Part shown: positions 40,547 to 53,568 of the stretch, piece by piece
Position numbering within the stretch: position 1 is the stretch's first letter
Layout of the letters: each line of letters opens with the position of its first letter
NCBI GenBank assembly: GCA_051530055.1
Contig: CM121341.1
Location: 6,240,784-6,304,783, forward strand
Source: Neoechinorhynchus agilis
Taxonomy: Eukaryota > Animalia > Acanthocephala
Reading direction: 5' to 3'
DNA: 64,000 bases
Position numbers and translations under genes: made by a program
The notes under the pieces: model-generated
Database searches by the model: none
The model's input: the letters and a program-made list of their open reading frames with translations, nothing else
Told to the model about the DNA's origin: nothing

Positions 40547-40934
40547 CTATTCGGTCACAGAGAGAATAAAAAAAGTGAACAACAACAAAAAATTTAACTT
40601 AATCGCAAAAAACCATCTCTTCTTCTAATTCTCTTAAGCTACCATAGGAAATTGGAAGAAAAAGTATAGTACCGCGTCAAAATTTGTACTTCAGTCGAAC
40701 GTTTAATCAACTTCGTGAACTATAAAAAGAGATCGGTACTCTTAAAACCCAATGGATGCGTTCAGCGTTATCAACAAATGTTAACAAAAGAACAACAAAC
40801 TCAATAGGCGGTCAAAACATTCAGACACTTGCTGACAACAAAAGACTTATTACCTGATAGTCGAATTCGATTTCCTGAGGTGAATCAATTTTTTCGTAGA
40901 AACAATCCATCGACCCGTGACGAACGAGAGTCGT

Positions 40935-43900
40935 GAGTTCAGTAAAAACCAACAAACTCTCACGAATTAGCGACAAAATAATAATCCAACACATTAACGC
41001 AGCCATTTGATTGCTGAACCTACGATTTTCGCTACAAAAGCAAAGAAACAAATTATCTTTACATGTGATTCTTCCGTGCCCAGTCGTAAATTTGGTAAAA
41101 ACCAACAAATGATTACGAATTAGCGACAAAACGATAAACAAATGCATTAACGCAGCCATTTGATTGCTGTACCTTGGGTCTTCTGTAAAAAAACAAATTA
41201 TATTTACATGTGATTCTTCCGTGCCCAGTCGTAAATTTAGTAAAAACCAACAAATGATTACGAATTAGCGACAAAACGATAAACAAATGCATTAACGCAG
41301 CCATTTGATTGCTGTACCTTGGGTCTTCTGTAAAAAAACAAATTATATTTACATGTGATTCTTCCGTGCCCAGTCGTAAGTTTAGTGAAAACCAACAAAT
41401 GTACGAATTAGCGACAAAACGATAAACAAATACATTAACGCAGACATTTGATTGCTGTACCTTGGGTTTCTGTAAAAAACAAATTATATTACATGTGATT
41501 CTTCCGTGCCCAGTCGTAAATTTAGTAAAAGCCAACAAATGCTGACGAATTAGCGACAAAACGATAAACAAATGCATTAACGCAGCCATTTGATTGCTGA
41601 ACCTACGATTTTCGCTACAAAAGCAAAGAAACAAATTATATTTACATGTGATTCTTCCGTGCCCAGTCGTAAATTTAGTAAAACCAACAAATGATCACGA
41701 ATTAGCGACAAAACGATAAACAAATACATTAACGCAGCCATTTGATTGCTGTACCTTGGGTCTTCTGTAAAAAAACAAATTATATTTACATGTGATTCTT
41801 CCGTGCCCAGTCGTAAATTTAGTAAAAACCAACAAATGCTGACGAATTAGCGACAAAACGATAAACAAATGCATTAACGCAGCCATTTGATTGCTGTACC
41901 TTGGGTCTTCTGTAAAAAAACAAATTATATTTACATGTGATTCTTCCGTGCCCAGTCGTAAATTTAGTGAAAACCAACAAATGATCACGAATTAGCGACA
42001 AAACGATAAACAAATACATTAACGCAGACATTTGATTGCTGTACCTTGGGTCTTCTGTAAAAAAACAAATTATATTTACATGTGATTCTTCCGTGCCCAG
42101 TCGTAAATTTAGTGAAAACCAACAAATGCTGACGAATTAGCGACAAAACGATAAACAAATGCATTAACGCAGCCATTTGATTGCTGTACCTTGGGTCTTC
42201 TGTAAAAAAACAAATTATATTTACATGTGATTCTTCCGTGCCCAGTCGTAAGTTTAGTGAAAACCAACAAATGCTGACGAATTAGCGACAAAACGATAAA
42301 CAAATACATTAACGCAGACATTTGATTGCTGTACCTTGGGTTTTCTGTAGAAAAACAAATTATATGTACATGTGATTCTTCCGTGCAAAGTCGTAAATTT
42401 AGTAAAAGCCAACAAATGCTGACGAATTAGCGACAAAACGATAAACAAATGCATTAACGCAGCCATTTGATTGCTGAACCTACGATTTTCGCTACAAAAG
42501 CAAATTATATTTACATGTGATTCTTCCGTGCCCAGTCGTAAATTTAGTAAAACCAACAAATGATCACGAATTAGCGACAAAACGATAAACAAATACATTA
42601 ACGCAGCCATTTGATTGCTGTACCTTGGGTCTTCTGTAAAAAAACAAATTATATTTACATGTGATTCTTCCGTGCCCAGTCGTAAATTTAGTAAAACCAA
42701 CAAATGCTGACGAATTAGCGACAAAACGATAAACAAATACATTAACGCAGCCATTTGATTGCTGTACCTTGGGTCTTCTGTAAAAAAACAAATTATATTT
42801 ACATGTGATTCTTCCGTGCCCAGTCGTAAATTTAGTGAAAACCAACAAATGCTGACGAATTAGCGACAAAACGATAAACAAATACATTAACGCAGCCATT
42901 TGATTGCTGTACCTTGGGTTTTCTGTAAAAAAACAAATTATATTTACATGTGATTCTTCCGTGCCCAGTCGTAAATTTAGTAAAAACCAACAAATGATCA
43001 CGAATTAGCGACAAAACGATAAACAAATACATTAACGCAGCCATTTGATTGCTGTACCTTGGGTCTTCTGTAAAAAAACAAATTATATTTACATGTGATT
43101 CTTCCGTGCCCAGTCGTAAATTTAGTGAAAACCAACAAATGCTGACGAATTAGCGACAAAACGATAAACAAATACATTAACGCAGACATTTGATTGCTGT
43201 ACCTTGGGTTTTCTGTAAAAAAACAAATTATATGTACATGTGATTCTTCCGTGCCCAGTCGTAAATTTAGTAAAAGCCAACAAATGCTGACGAATTAGCG
43301 ACAAAACGATAAACAAATGCATTAACGCAGCCATTTGAGTGCTGTACCTTGGGTCTTCTGTAAAAAAACAAATTATATTTACATGTGATTCTTCCGTGCC
43401 CAGTCGTAAATTTAGTAAAAACCAACAAATGATCACGAATTAGCGACAAAACGATAATCCAACACATTAACGCAGACATTTGATTGTTGTACCTTGGGTT
43501 TTCTGTAAAAAAACAAATTATATTTACATGTGATTCTTCCGTGCCCAGTCGTAAATTTAGTAAAAACCAACAAATGATCACGAATTAGCGACAAAACGAT
43601 AAACAAATACATTAACGCAGACATTTGATTGCTGTACCTTGGGTTTTCTGTAGAAAAACAAATTATATGTACATGTGATTCTTCCTTGCAAAGTCGTAAA
43701 TTTAGTAAAAGCCAACAAATGCTGACGAATTAGCGACAAAACGATAAACAAATGCATTAACGCAGCCATTTGAGTGCTGTACCTTGGGTCTTCTGTAAAA
43801 AAACAAATTATATTTACATGTGATTCTTCCGTGCCCAGTCGTAAATTTAGTAAAAACCAACAAATGATCACGAATTAGCGACAAAACGATAACACACATT

Positions 43901-44082
43901 AACGCAGACATTTGATTGTTGTACCTTGGGTTTTCTGTAAAAAAACAAATTATATTTACATGTGATTCTTCCGTGCCCAGTCGTAAATTTAGTGAAAACC
44001 AACAAATGCTGACGAATTAGCGACAAAACGATAAACAAATACATGTACGGATTCATTTGTCTTTACATGTGATTCTTCCGTT
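40935..44082. repeat. Tandem satellite, unit about 145 bp, about 21 copies
   Basis: Anchor GTGCCCAGTCGTAA recurs every 141-152 bp from about 41077 to 43974. Confidence 0.97.
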
Positions 44083-44266
44083 CTTACAGTATTAGGCGGC
44101 TCAGGCTTAGTTTTGCTGTGTTCATTGATGGAAAGCTCTAAAATCGTAAAGTAAGATCTTTGAAGTGTTGGGTCAGTGTTGAGATTGTTGTTGTTCTAAT
44201 TAAACCTTGGCTTTTAAGTGTACGCGAAAATAAAGGTTGGTTTTGTTGCTCACGTTCATTTCTTCT

Positions 44267-44870
44267 TCAAATAAAGAGCGACAGTTTCCTTTTTTTTATG
44301 AAAAGAATGAGAAGTTTTGCATGTTTTGAACGTTCTCTTTTATTGTGGGTGCGCGCTTTAAAGGATCTTTGGTTTCTTAGAAGACTCGGATTTGTTTGTC
44401 CTCGTAGGTTTTTTTTGTTGGATTTGCTTGACCTATCAATGGACGCTTTCATTTTGATGAAGAAGACGTGTCAGCTAAGAATAACTGCAAATATTGCTCT
44501 TTTAAAAGAATTCTATTAATTCGAGGGCATTTTCAGGTTCTCCTCAGATCTAAAACCGATGACCATAATTTCGATTCAAGGTGATTGTGGCAATTTTAAT
44601 GAAGAAGATACAGTTCACGTGGCCGATCTTCACTTTATGAAAAATGTTAGTTTGTTTTCTTTGAGAAAAATACCCGCTGCTTTAGGGAACTCCGGTTCTT
44701 CTGGTAGGTAATTGTGTTTGGTACGGATCTGTGCTTCAATCGAGCTCTCAAAAGAGAACTTTGCTGACTGAACGATCTGATTCAAAAGGTTATCATGGTG
44801 CGACGCATATCTCAGACTTTCGACTTGTGTTCAATCGACGACCAGTTACCGTGATTGTCGACGAGGAGAA
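44267..44870 (-). CDS. Possible exons of an unknown gene
   Basis: Stop-free stretch LLVDNHGNW...NYLPEEPEFPKAA at about 44870-44670 and a basic ORF at 44267-44452. Structure unresolved. Confidence 0.25.
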
Positions 44871-45323
44871 ATTAAAACGCATATCGACTTTATAAATCAG
44901 TTTTATCATTCACAATCATCTTTTTTGAAGAGATCCTAATAAAAGCGTCTTTTCTAAACGGATTTTCTTGTTTTTTTTCCTTATTGGAACGAGGGGTGCA
45001 CGCTACCAAAAAGTTCTCTCAATTTTGTGCCATTTTTCTCTCGCAATGTTTTCATGTTATGTCAGCAAACGCACGTTAGCGCGACTTTTGGAAAAAAACA
45101 GCTCTCGATTTTTGTGTTTTTTTTTCAAATTACTCAAATCCTGGATTGTGCGATGGTAGAAAAAGAACTCGTCAACTTGTATTATGCCTTCTCCGTATTC
45201 GACAAGTGTGTTTGTCAATGTCAAGCGTTCGTTGCTCACGCACACCATTTCTATTCCCCTCGGTTTAGTTTCCCACATTTTTCATGTGAAAGTTATTCGT
45301 CTTAATTTGTTCTTATTGTAGAA

Positions 45324-46194
45324 ATGGAATCTAGCAATCGATCGGGAGAGCCTTTGCCGGGACCGAACATGTTGTCGGCCAAATGGCGAAGTTCTAGGTT
45401 CCAGGGCGGCGAGCAGGAGGCGCATGAAACGATTCCATTGGTGGCTACAATCGAATCTCCACAAACATCACGAGTATTGCACCTCGAATCCACATTGAGC
45501 GAAGATGACACTAATTTCATTCGGCCATCGGTTATACATGACTATCACTACAACCTGTTCCGCCGAAGTACCCGGTATTTTAACCACGTTGGATCAGATG
45601 TCCACCGATTCGTAGACCTTGAAGATCGCGTAAGCGAACGCACTGGAAGCTTATTAAGTCGGTGGTTGTGGGGAGGAGGTAGGAAATCACAAGTGTGGTT
45701 GATTATGGACGGCGAATTTGGGGGAACTCAGGGGTGTTTTTTTGTGGAAATAAGCCGTACGTAATTCGTTAAACGACACCATTCTGCTCGAATGCTTGGG
45801 AACTCGGGTTGAGAAGAAGGATCTTGATCGCTACAATAATGTCGCGTATGAGTTTGAGGACGGGACTACTCGAGAGTATGAAATAAGGGAGATTATTGAA
45901 CGGATAGCTAGGAACCGGTTCTTCGATGAAACTGAAGCGAGCATCGTGAACTATTGGCTCAGGTTGCTTAGGGGAGAAAAACGAAACGCAAAGTACTTCA
46001 CGTTCACGACTAACCTCATGTTTGCGATGTTCATGCTAATTACCATCCTTCTCGTCTCATTCTTCGTATCTATCGTTTACGAGACTGTACCAATCATTGC
46101 CGATGTTAGCCGAGAAACATGGACCTCTACAACCAACACCCGTAACTTTAGCTTCGTAAATAAGTTCAAAAGGTTTGTTAGACCGCGTAAGTGA
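45324..46194 (+). CDS. Unknown single-pass membrane protein, 2 exons
   Basis: ATG after an acceptor-like TAG at 45324, probable intron after WLWGGG (GGTAGG donor), then a second ORF with a hydrophobic segment LMFAMFMLITILLVSFFVSIVY. Confidence 0.5.
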
Positions 46195-46597
46195 GAACGA
46201 ATGTAAAAGTTCAAATGTAAATTATTTAAACGGAATGGTTGAGTTTAAGACGTGTAGAGTGCCTTTAGACAAAAAATTAGTCTAAAGCATTTGTCACGAG
46301 GGCGATTTCGTGGTTTTAAGAACAAAATATCACTCTATCGAAGAGCGCCAAAACACAGCTATTCGCAAAGGCAGATTAGAGCGAAGAAGTGCACTCGAAA
46401 ACGACTGAGAGCGAATTTTTTTGCTGCCGTTCATCTTTTTCGATTAGTGTCCGTCTTTAACCTAACAACTCTAACCTCCATTTAGACCAGTGCTCTACTC
46501 ATGGCATTCTGACCAGAACGCTTTCGACGCCGGCGCATTTGACGACTACTAGGATCAAAAAGGTTTTTGTGTAAATAAACGTTAACAAGATCGTGGG

Positions 46598-47266
46598 TCA
46601 ATGTTGTGGATGGCGGTCAACACGTACCTTTACCTTCGATTTGGGAATTACGACCAAGTCCTCGATATCCTCCTCAAACTCTTCTTCGACTACTTCTCTT
46701 TCGATCGTGTTAAAATGGTCGTACATTTCGCCATAGACACCTTCATTGAGCCTCGTTATCAGCTCGTTTTCAAGTTTTTGCTCAATTTTAGCAACGGAAA
46801 GAGCCTTCTCTTCCTTGCGCTTATCTCTTCTTTCTACTTTCTTATGAACTCGCGTCGGAAGACGAGTTCGGCCACGGGATAAACGCCGCGTTCTTACTCT
46901 TGCTGCATGCAATTTCGTGAGTCTTTGCTTACATTTCACCCGTGTAAACTGAGACCAAAACAAAAGTTCGGTATCGATCTGATCGATCGCTCGTTCGTAC
47001 CGATTACTCAATCTAATTCGTTCCCACAACTTATCCGGATAATGAGACCTTTCGATCACTTTCATGTACAAATAAAGACAACCGTCCTTCTCCCTTACCG
47101 TCGCATATTGACTGTTCGCTAAAGGACACGAAGCTCGATTACAACGACCACTCACATTGTATTCGTTCAAACACATTCGATCACTGCCTTCACTCACGGA
47201 TTTGAGGAAGTAAGCACAGTTACCGCCACCGTTCAATGATGCCCATACAATGTCGTCCTGCTGCAT
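46598..47266 (-). CDS. MAK16: Ribosome biogenesis protein MAK16, intronless
   Basis: MQQDDIVW, NEYNVSGRCNRASCPLANSQYATVRE, LYLYMKVIER, LWERIRLS and KCKQRLTK are diagnostic. Confidence 0.96.
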   Translation of the reverse strand: MQQDDIVWASLNGGGNCAYFLKSVSEGSDRMCLNEYNVSGRCNRASCPLANSQYATVREKDGCLYLYMKVIERSHYPDKLWERIRLSNRYERAIDQIDTELLFWSQFTRVKCKQRLTKLHAARVRTRRLSRGRTRLPTRVHKKVERRDKRKEEKALSVAKIEQKLENELITRLNEGVYGEMYDHFNTIEREVVEEEFEEDIEDLVVIPKSKVKVRVDRHPQH

Positions 47267-47639
47267 TCCCACTTTTTTCCCGCACTTCGTCCCTACTCAA
47301 TGTCCCAAATCTTTCTTTCTCGCGATTTCGTCAGGGCAAAACGTTTCACAATAAAAAAAATATTTTAGGATCCTTCGTGATAAATCTCTTCAATTGATTT
47401 ATAAAGGGAAAAAATACCCATGCGGCGGAACTTGACAATGATTTGTTCTTTAAGTTATCAAGGCACAGAAACGAGCAAACATCGCCTCTTTTGTATGCCT
47501 CGGATATGAAAAATCTGAAAGGGTTCAGATAATTCACTGCCAAATGATTCCGGACACTCCAATAAGCTGCTTGCACTTCGAAATTATCCTCTCAACATGA
47601 TTTAGAAAAAGCACACGCTCATGTTGCCCTTCTAGTCAT

Positions 47640-49290
47640 GGGCCGTGTCATTCGCTTATAACCAAAACTAATATTTCTTGCGTTACCCACCATAGATAAA
47701 TCCCAAAAGCAAGCTTCTAAGGCCCATCGCAATAAATCTACAGACTTTCCCCCGTTTACAAAGAGCTCTAACTAACAAAATACTTATCGCCCGCAAAAAA
47801 CTTCCTTTCCTCCAAAATTCGATCAGGTGGAGGAAACTCAACACAGTAGTGGCTTGCAGTCAAAGAATCTCTTGGTCTACGCCATCAATCAAAACCTCTG
47901 CCCTGACTCAAATTGCAATCATTTCTTCACACCAAACTCCACAATAAACTAACATTCCCACAATTGAAACTTTTGTCAACCTGCCGATACTTCGCTTAGT
48001 TTCGTCATACGAAGTACTACAACATCTCAAGAAATTACCTCGAAATTCGTCCTCTCAATCCGAAATCCCAAACTGGACTCTTCACTGAATCATCCCCGAA
48101 CTCATCAGCCCTCTTACCTACATTACAAATAACTACCTGAAAACTGCTAAAGTTATACTTGTTCCAAAAAAGAACATCCTATTTCCACCGAATCATTCCG
48201 TCCAATATAAAATTTACCCGCTCTTTCAAAAATCATCGAAAAATGTTTTATATATCGCCTTCTTTCACTTCTCAACGATAAGTTATCGCCTCTACAATTC
48301 GGCTTCAGGCCCAAATTTTCTGCAACCGACACCTAGTTTGCATTTATGGCACGACAATAATCCCTCCCACGTCACCCGTCTCATTCAACTGTACTTTTCG
48401 AAAGCATTCGACTCCGTATACCATTCAATCCATCTCCAGGGCTGCTTTGATTTTGGTCCAAAATTGTGGCAGATCCTCTGGCTCGCCTCTTATTTTCACA
48501 ATCGCAAACAATACATTCACTGCCATTCTACTTCCTCTATCAATCTATCCCTCACCAAATGCGTACTTCCCTTTAATATTTTCCTAAACGACCTCAAACC
48601 TCTTTCCTCTCACTCTAAACTTTTTTTGATATGCCCACGATCTCACCCTCATCACTCGATCACCACCCCACCTCTCCCTTTCCTGAAGCTCCACCTGAAG
48701 TTCTCTAAATGCGTTTAATTGATCCCCTCAATCTCTTTTACGAGTCACCTCCCTCAGAATTCCGGGTCTCCAATTTCAATCGATCTGAAAAGGGACTCGC
48801 ACATTTCAGTCTCAAACGCAATTCTTTTAAAATTTACCTCTCCAAACGCCTCCGCCCCCACAGTTATCCCGTCTTTTACAACCTTTCCCAATCACAACCC
48901 ATCGTCTTGAAACGTTTCATAGAAGAGCCTCATAAAAACGCCTCCCGACCCAACCACCATAGTTTTACCCAATTTTATTCCCCTTTTCACATGAGCAAAA
49001 AACAATCGCAATCCCAACGGCTTTCATCTTCCCTGGACATGACACATCCCTTCATCTCCGCTCCTTTATTCATACTGCTCAATCTTCTCGGATATCGATG
49101 TCCGAAATGAACCTAAGGAAATATACAACCTCGCAAACCCTCCTTCAAACCCAACCGAACCCATAATCCACTCCAAAATCAGTAACTGCATTCAATTGAC
49201 AAGTCGGGACTCGAGTGTATATGAGGACCAGAAGGTACATGGGTTTTATTTTTGTGTATTAACAAATAGAAGTTTTATTATTACTATAAA
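47640..49290 (+). pseudogene. Decayed APE-type LINE (CR1/L2/Jockey-like), RT through 3' end
   Basis: Broken frames give SPLQFGFRPKFSATD and FSKAFDSVYH. C/A-rich strand bias. 3' tail shared with two other loci. Confidence 0.75.
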
Positions 49291-49613
49291 ACTAAATTTG
49301 TTGAGGCATCCCCGATACCGAATTTATTATGACTCCGTTACCAAGAACTTTAAAATTTCGCAAATTACCCACACTTTGTAAGACTGTGCATTTTTGTTCT
49401 CTTAGTTCAAGACGTTTTTTGTGGACGCTGAGTTTAATTAAGGTTTAGACTTCGTTCATCCTTTAACCGTGCCCTTTACATTCACGTGCCGTGTAAAATT
49501 TTACTACGCAGAAGGTTTTGTCAATAAATCATCCACTGTTTGTAATCCAAACGGTCATTGATTATTGACGACAACCTACCATACCTTTCTAAATTTCAGA
49601 ACTAAGTGAATTA

Positions 49614-51310
49614 TTAGATTAAACGCCCTCCCTCGTAAGTGCTCACATTGTAAACCGGATGCATATTCCCAGTCATGGAATTATGCATGTTTACATTTCC
49701 CGTTCCTCCAATCATTGAAGCTGGAATTGGCTGACTACCATCTCTGCAAACGAATCCGCTGATTCCTGCTGCACCTAAATTATGGCCTCCTTCGGATTCA
49801 TATCCTGCGGCTCCAATTTCCTGATTAGACGGGTAACCGCCACTCTCTCCACCGTAGTACTGTCCATGAGTTAGTGTTTGTTTGGCATAATCTGAGTTTG
49901 ATTGGTATCCTTCAGTCAGATCACCGAATCCCTCAGTTGCCGAGAAATCTCTCTCCGGTACAGACAAATTATCCTGATCGTAAGCACCTCCTTCCATTGG
50001 CATATTCCCTAGAGCGTTAGAGCCATGACCTTCTTGACCGAAAAACTGCTGATTTCTGCGCGGCGGAGTCTAAAACAAAACTCGAGAGACAAAGTCGAAA
50101 CAAGGCGAACACGCACCAAATCTTCATGGACGCCAGCACTTCTAGCTTTAGAAACCAGTTCACTTGGACTCAGTAGAGAGTGTCCGTATTGTTGAAGATA
50201 ATTATCTGGATCCATGACAACAATGTTTTTCATAACTTTACGGTCATACTTGACCTGAGCATCCCATTGTATAATCATGTTGCGTTGTTGTTGGTACTGC
50301 GGAGCAGGTCCGGCTTTCTGATAGACAACCTTACGTTTCACTTGTTGATCGTATGGAATCCACCTTTCTATTATGATATCCCTAGGCTTAGCTGGAAGCT
50401 TCGGGCATCTGTGTATAATGACCTGACGTTTTGGTGGAGGCGGGGCGGGTATCGTTTTCGTTACTATTTTTGGTGGAATGACCGATGGCATCGGTGGTGG
50501 TCTTTCTCTTAGCACAAGAGGTGGTGGCGTCGGTGGAGATGGATGCTTTTGTTTGATGATCACCGGAGGCGGTTGAGCCGCCATTGGCTCTCTCACCTCC
50601 TTGACTATTATTGGTCCAGCGGGGGGTGGAGTGGGCGCTCTAAGATATCTGACTTTGATTTTTTGAGTTCTGCTGGGAATCGCTCCCGTGTACTGCTTTT
50701 TGATGATTATAGGATTTGGATCATTCTGAACCTGGTATTGATTCAAAGGAAGCATCGTGCCGAACCCGGCGCCGCCCATCGTGCCAGTTTGTTGTCCGAA
50801 TCCTGCGAATCCTGAGGAATAACCCATCGATTCACCATGAGTTGCTGCATAGCCCATGTGGCCGCCAAAACCAGTTGTATCCATCGAAGGACCGTATCCG
50901 AATGTTCCATATGCCGGAGGACCACCCATTGGTGTGCCATAAATTTGTTGCGACCCACTCATTTGTCCACCATAAGCTGGTGCGCCACCCATAGAATATC
51001 CTTGATGACCACCACCCAATACATCTCCATATCCCGGGAGGCCGCCTCCGTACCCACCGTATCCAGTTGACCCATCGTACGCTCCCATAGATGTGTCCTG
51101 AACATTGCCACCAATGTTGTCAAATCCTTCCATTCCGGCTCCCTCAGCATTGATTTCGCCCATTCCTTCCCCGATTCCTCCCGATGCTTCAACAGGGGCA
51201 CTGCCCTCGGGCGGAATGGCACCGCCCACTGATCCATAGTAGCCTTGATCGTGACCCGACTCAGGCAAAGTCTTTGGATCGCTATCATCGCAAGCCGAGA
51301 CAAAATCCAT
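49614..51310 (-). CDS. Gly-rich / Pro-rich protein of a rotifer-type family; intron 50070-50116
   Basis: Gly/Tyr-rich N- and C-termini flank DPNPIII...VRYLRAPTPPPAGPIIVKEVR...PPTPPPLVLRERPP...KPRDIIIERWIPY...AGVHEDLTPP. The splice restores the frame into 49614-50003. Confidence 0.8.
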
Positions 51311-51453
51311 TGTCGAGTGTTACTTAGAGAATATGATATCGAGCTCCTTAAATACCTTTTTAGCTTTCAAACAAGCTTGCTTTTCTAGATCAATGTTTTT
51401 TGTTGTGACCGTGTTTTGGAGCTCAACGCAAGCACGAAAACATTAAGTTTATT

Positions 51454-52396
51454 TTAAGATCGAATACACGTAATTTTTTCCAAACTGGAGACTAAACTTT
51501 TTGTCAACGAAACGGCAGCGATAATTTGAGCTGGTTTCTGTGGAGCTGACGGGTAAGATTTAAGTGCCAAGAGAACGTTGGGATGTCTCTGTATTCTCTT
51601 GAGCATACAAGAGCATTGGGTTATCACGTAGTCTCCGATGATGTTTGCTCCCTTCTTATAAAATCTTCGCTTATTTCTGTCGACACTTATCAGTAGCTCA
51701 TGTCTCCCCTTCTTGCTTGTTTGCGTCTTGTAGTCATTGAGCTTGAATCGTCCAATGGATAAGGCTGTTCTACAATATAGATTCTTCAATCGATCGCGAG
51801 TATATTGATCATTACACTGGAGAAGGCAAGACTTTAGTTTTGGCGATGTTTCATGTATGATCGTGCCGACCATTTTGGGTCCAACACACAATTGATCAAT
51901 ATTGATACTTGATTTGGACAACAAAAAGGCGAATCTCAGATCAAGTATTGATTTTATCTTTTGGAAATCGATCACAATTTAGGAGTTTGGGCCATTGGTG
52001 TCCATAATGAGCCAGCGCTCCCTCGCATCTTCTTCTAACATTAACGCAAAGTTTTCTACAAGGCATTACATGGATATCGGGTTCTGCTTGTACGCAGATT
52101 GGTGCAAGAACGAGACATAAGAAGGCTCGTGTCCATGGATGGCAGTTTAAATCCACAAGCGGAGACCAGGAGTATTGTTCTTTGATGACCTCGGCAATAT
52201 CCTCGTGGCCGAGATGGTTAGGCATTCGAGTTTCATGGTACGTTACAGCTGAACATACTGTGAGATTAGCTCGTGGTATGGGTAGACAATGGTGATTTGA
52301 TTCTGTATTCGAGAAGTCGAATGCATCTCCTCTACCATCACCATGGACATATAAAATTGTGAAGCATAGTTGGAGCAATCGTTGCGTTGATATCAT
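51454..52396 (-). CDS. Secreted frizzled-related protein-like (signal peptide, Fz CRD, putative NTR-like tail), 2 exons
   Basis: CRD CLPIP...VCSAVTYHETRMPNHLGH...CHPWTRAFLCLVLAPIC...PCRKLC..VRRRCE...WPKLLNCDRFP. The tenth Cys (DQLC) is supplied by exon 2. No 7-TM region. Confidence 0.8.
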
Positions 52397-52569
52397 ATTC
52401 TAGCTATTATTTATGTGCAGGTTTCGTATGCTCTAGAGTTCTGTGTAACGCGTACTGGCTGGTGCCGATTGCATAATAGAGACGGTGGCGGTCAGTTAGA
52501 GATCATTTTCCTTTTTTTAAATTCACATTTCAAAGATATGGCACACAAAAGCAGAAGCTCAATTTTTAA

Positions 52570-52860
52570 ATCCTTAACTGTTAATATAGTACAGGAAATG
52601 AAACGAAGATTAAAGGTTCCAGTGGACAATGAGTCCAGGAACTCAGGGTTTTCACGTTCATGTTGCTCCATAATATCTTCTCGTAAGGATAATGTTTATG
52701 TTCTGAGGAAAGACTCAACCTCAAAAACAAAACCGAACGGACATCTATTGCGACCGAACCCATAATCCACTCCAAAATCAGTAACCGCATTCAATGAACA
52801 AATCAGAACTCAAGTGATCACGAGGACCCAAACAAATAGACGTTTTATTATTATAAACCT
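52570..52860 (+). mobile_element. 5'-truncated LINE 3' fragment
   Basis: ACCGAACCCATAATCCACTCCAAAATCAGTAAC is identical at about 49150 and 52753, with further upstream similarity. Confidence 0.75.
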
Positions 52861-53407
52861 TGAGAAAATAAATTCTCAGTGAATTCAAATCCCAATGCGG
52901 ATAGCAAAACTAAGAAAAAAGAAAGAAAACTTGTTTACTTCTTCTACCTAAATCAACACAATTTTTAACCTCTAATAAATCTTAGGCTATAGTGTGAATT
53001 CTGCTTCTAGCGAAAGGTAAATAATTTCTTCAATTGACTAAAGAAAGTCGGCATGAAATCTCGTGTTTTTTGGTATCGCGCTGGATTTCCTTGTTGAAAT
53101 GGAAGCAGAGAAAAGCGTATAAAGCTGTTCTATTCCTTAATCAGCAGTCTCAATACTTTACAAACAAGACCTCGCTTCGAGCCGAAACTTGATATCCGCA
53201 TTAAATGGTAAACTTTTTTCTGTGTCCAGATTGTGATCTCAATGATCAGTGCTTTACAAATACAAATTGAATTTTTGATTGCAGCTCGCATTAAGTCACG
53301 CCTTTGGTTGACAATAAAATGTTCGCAAATATGCAACATGTACCATTTCTTATTATTCCTTCCCTTTGTTGTAAGCGTCGATTATTGCTGGTGAAATCAA
53401 TCATTTT

Positions 53408-53568
53408 AGTGGGTTTTTTCTGGCGCGACGGAATTAAAATGATTTTATTTTAAAATTCGATTAAAAACTCACAAGCAACCTTGATCAAAAGGCGTACGAG
53501 ATTGCGTGGCTTCGAAAACAATCGGATTTAAAATCATTTTAATTTCTTCGCGTCAGAAAACAACCACT
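53408..53568. repeat. MITE-like inverted repeat, arms about 40 bp
   Basis: AGTGGGTTTTTTCTGGCGCGACGGAATTAAAATGATTTTA versus TAAAATCATTTTAATTTCTTCGCGTCAGAAAACAACCACT. Confidence 0.7.

Noticed and set aside
40821-44056. Many overlapping ORFs (MAALMHLFIVLSLIR...) on the minus strand
   Set aside because: They are translations of the 145-bp satellite. The unit is not a multiple of three, so frames shift every copy.
40935-44082. CRISPR-like appearance of the regular arrays
   Set aside because: Units are repeated in full with no unique spacers, there are no cas genes, and the context is eukaryotic.
45154-45240. MVEKELVNLYYAFSVFDK, resembling a calmodulin first helix
   Set aside because: No EF-hand loop or continuing exons follow.
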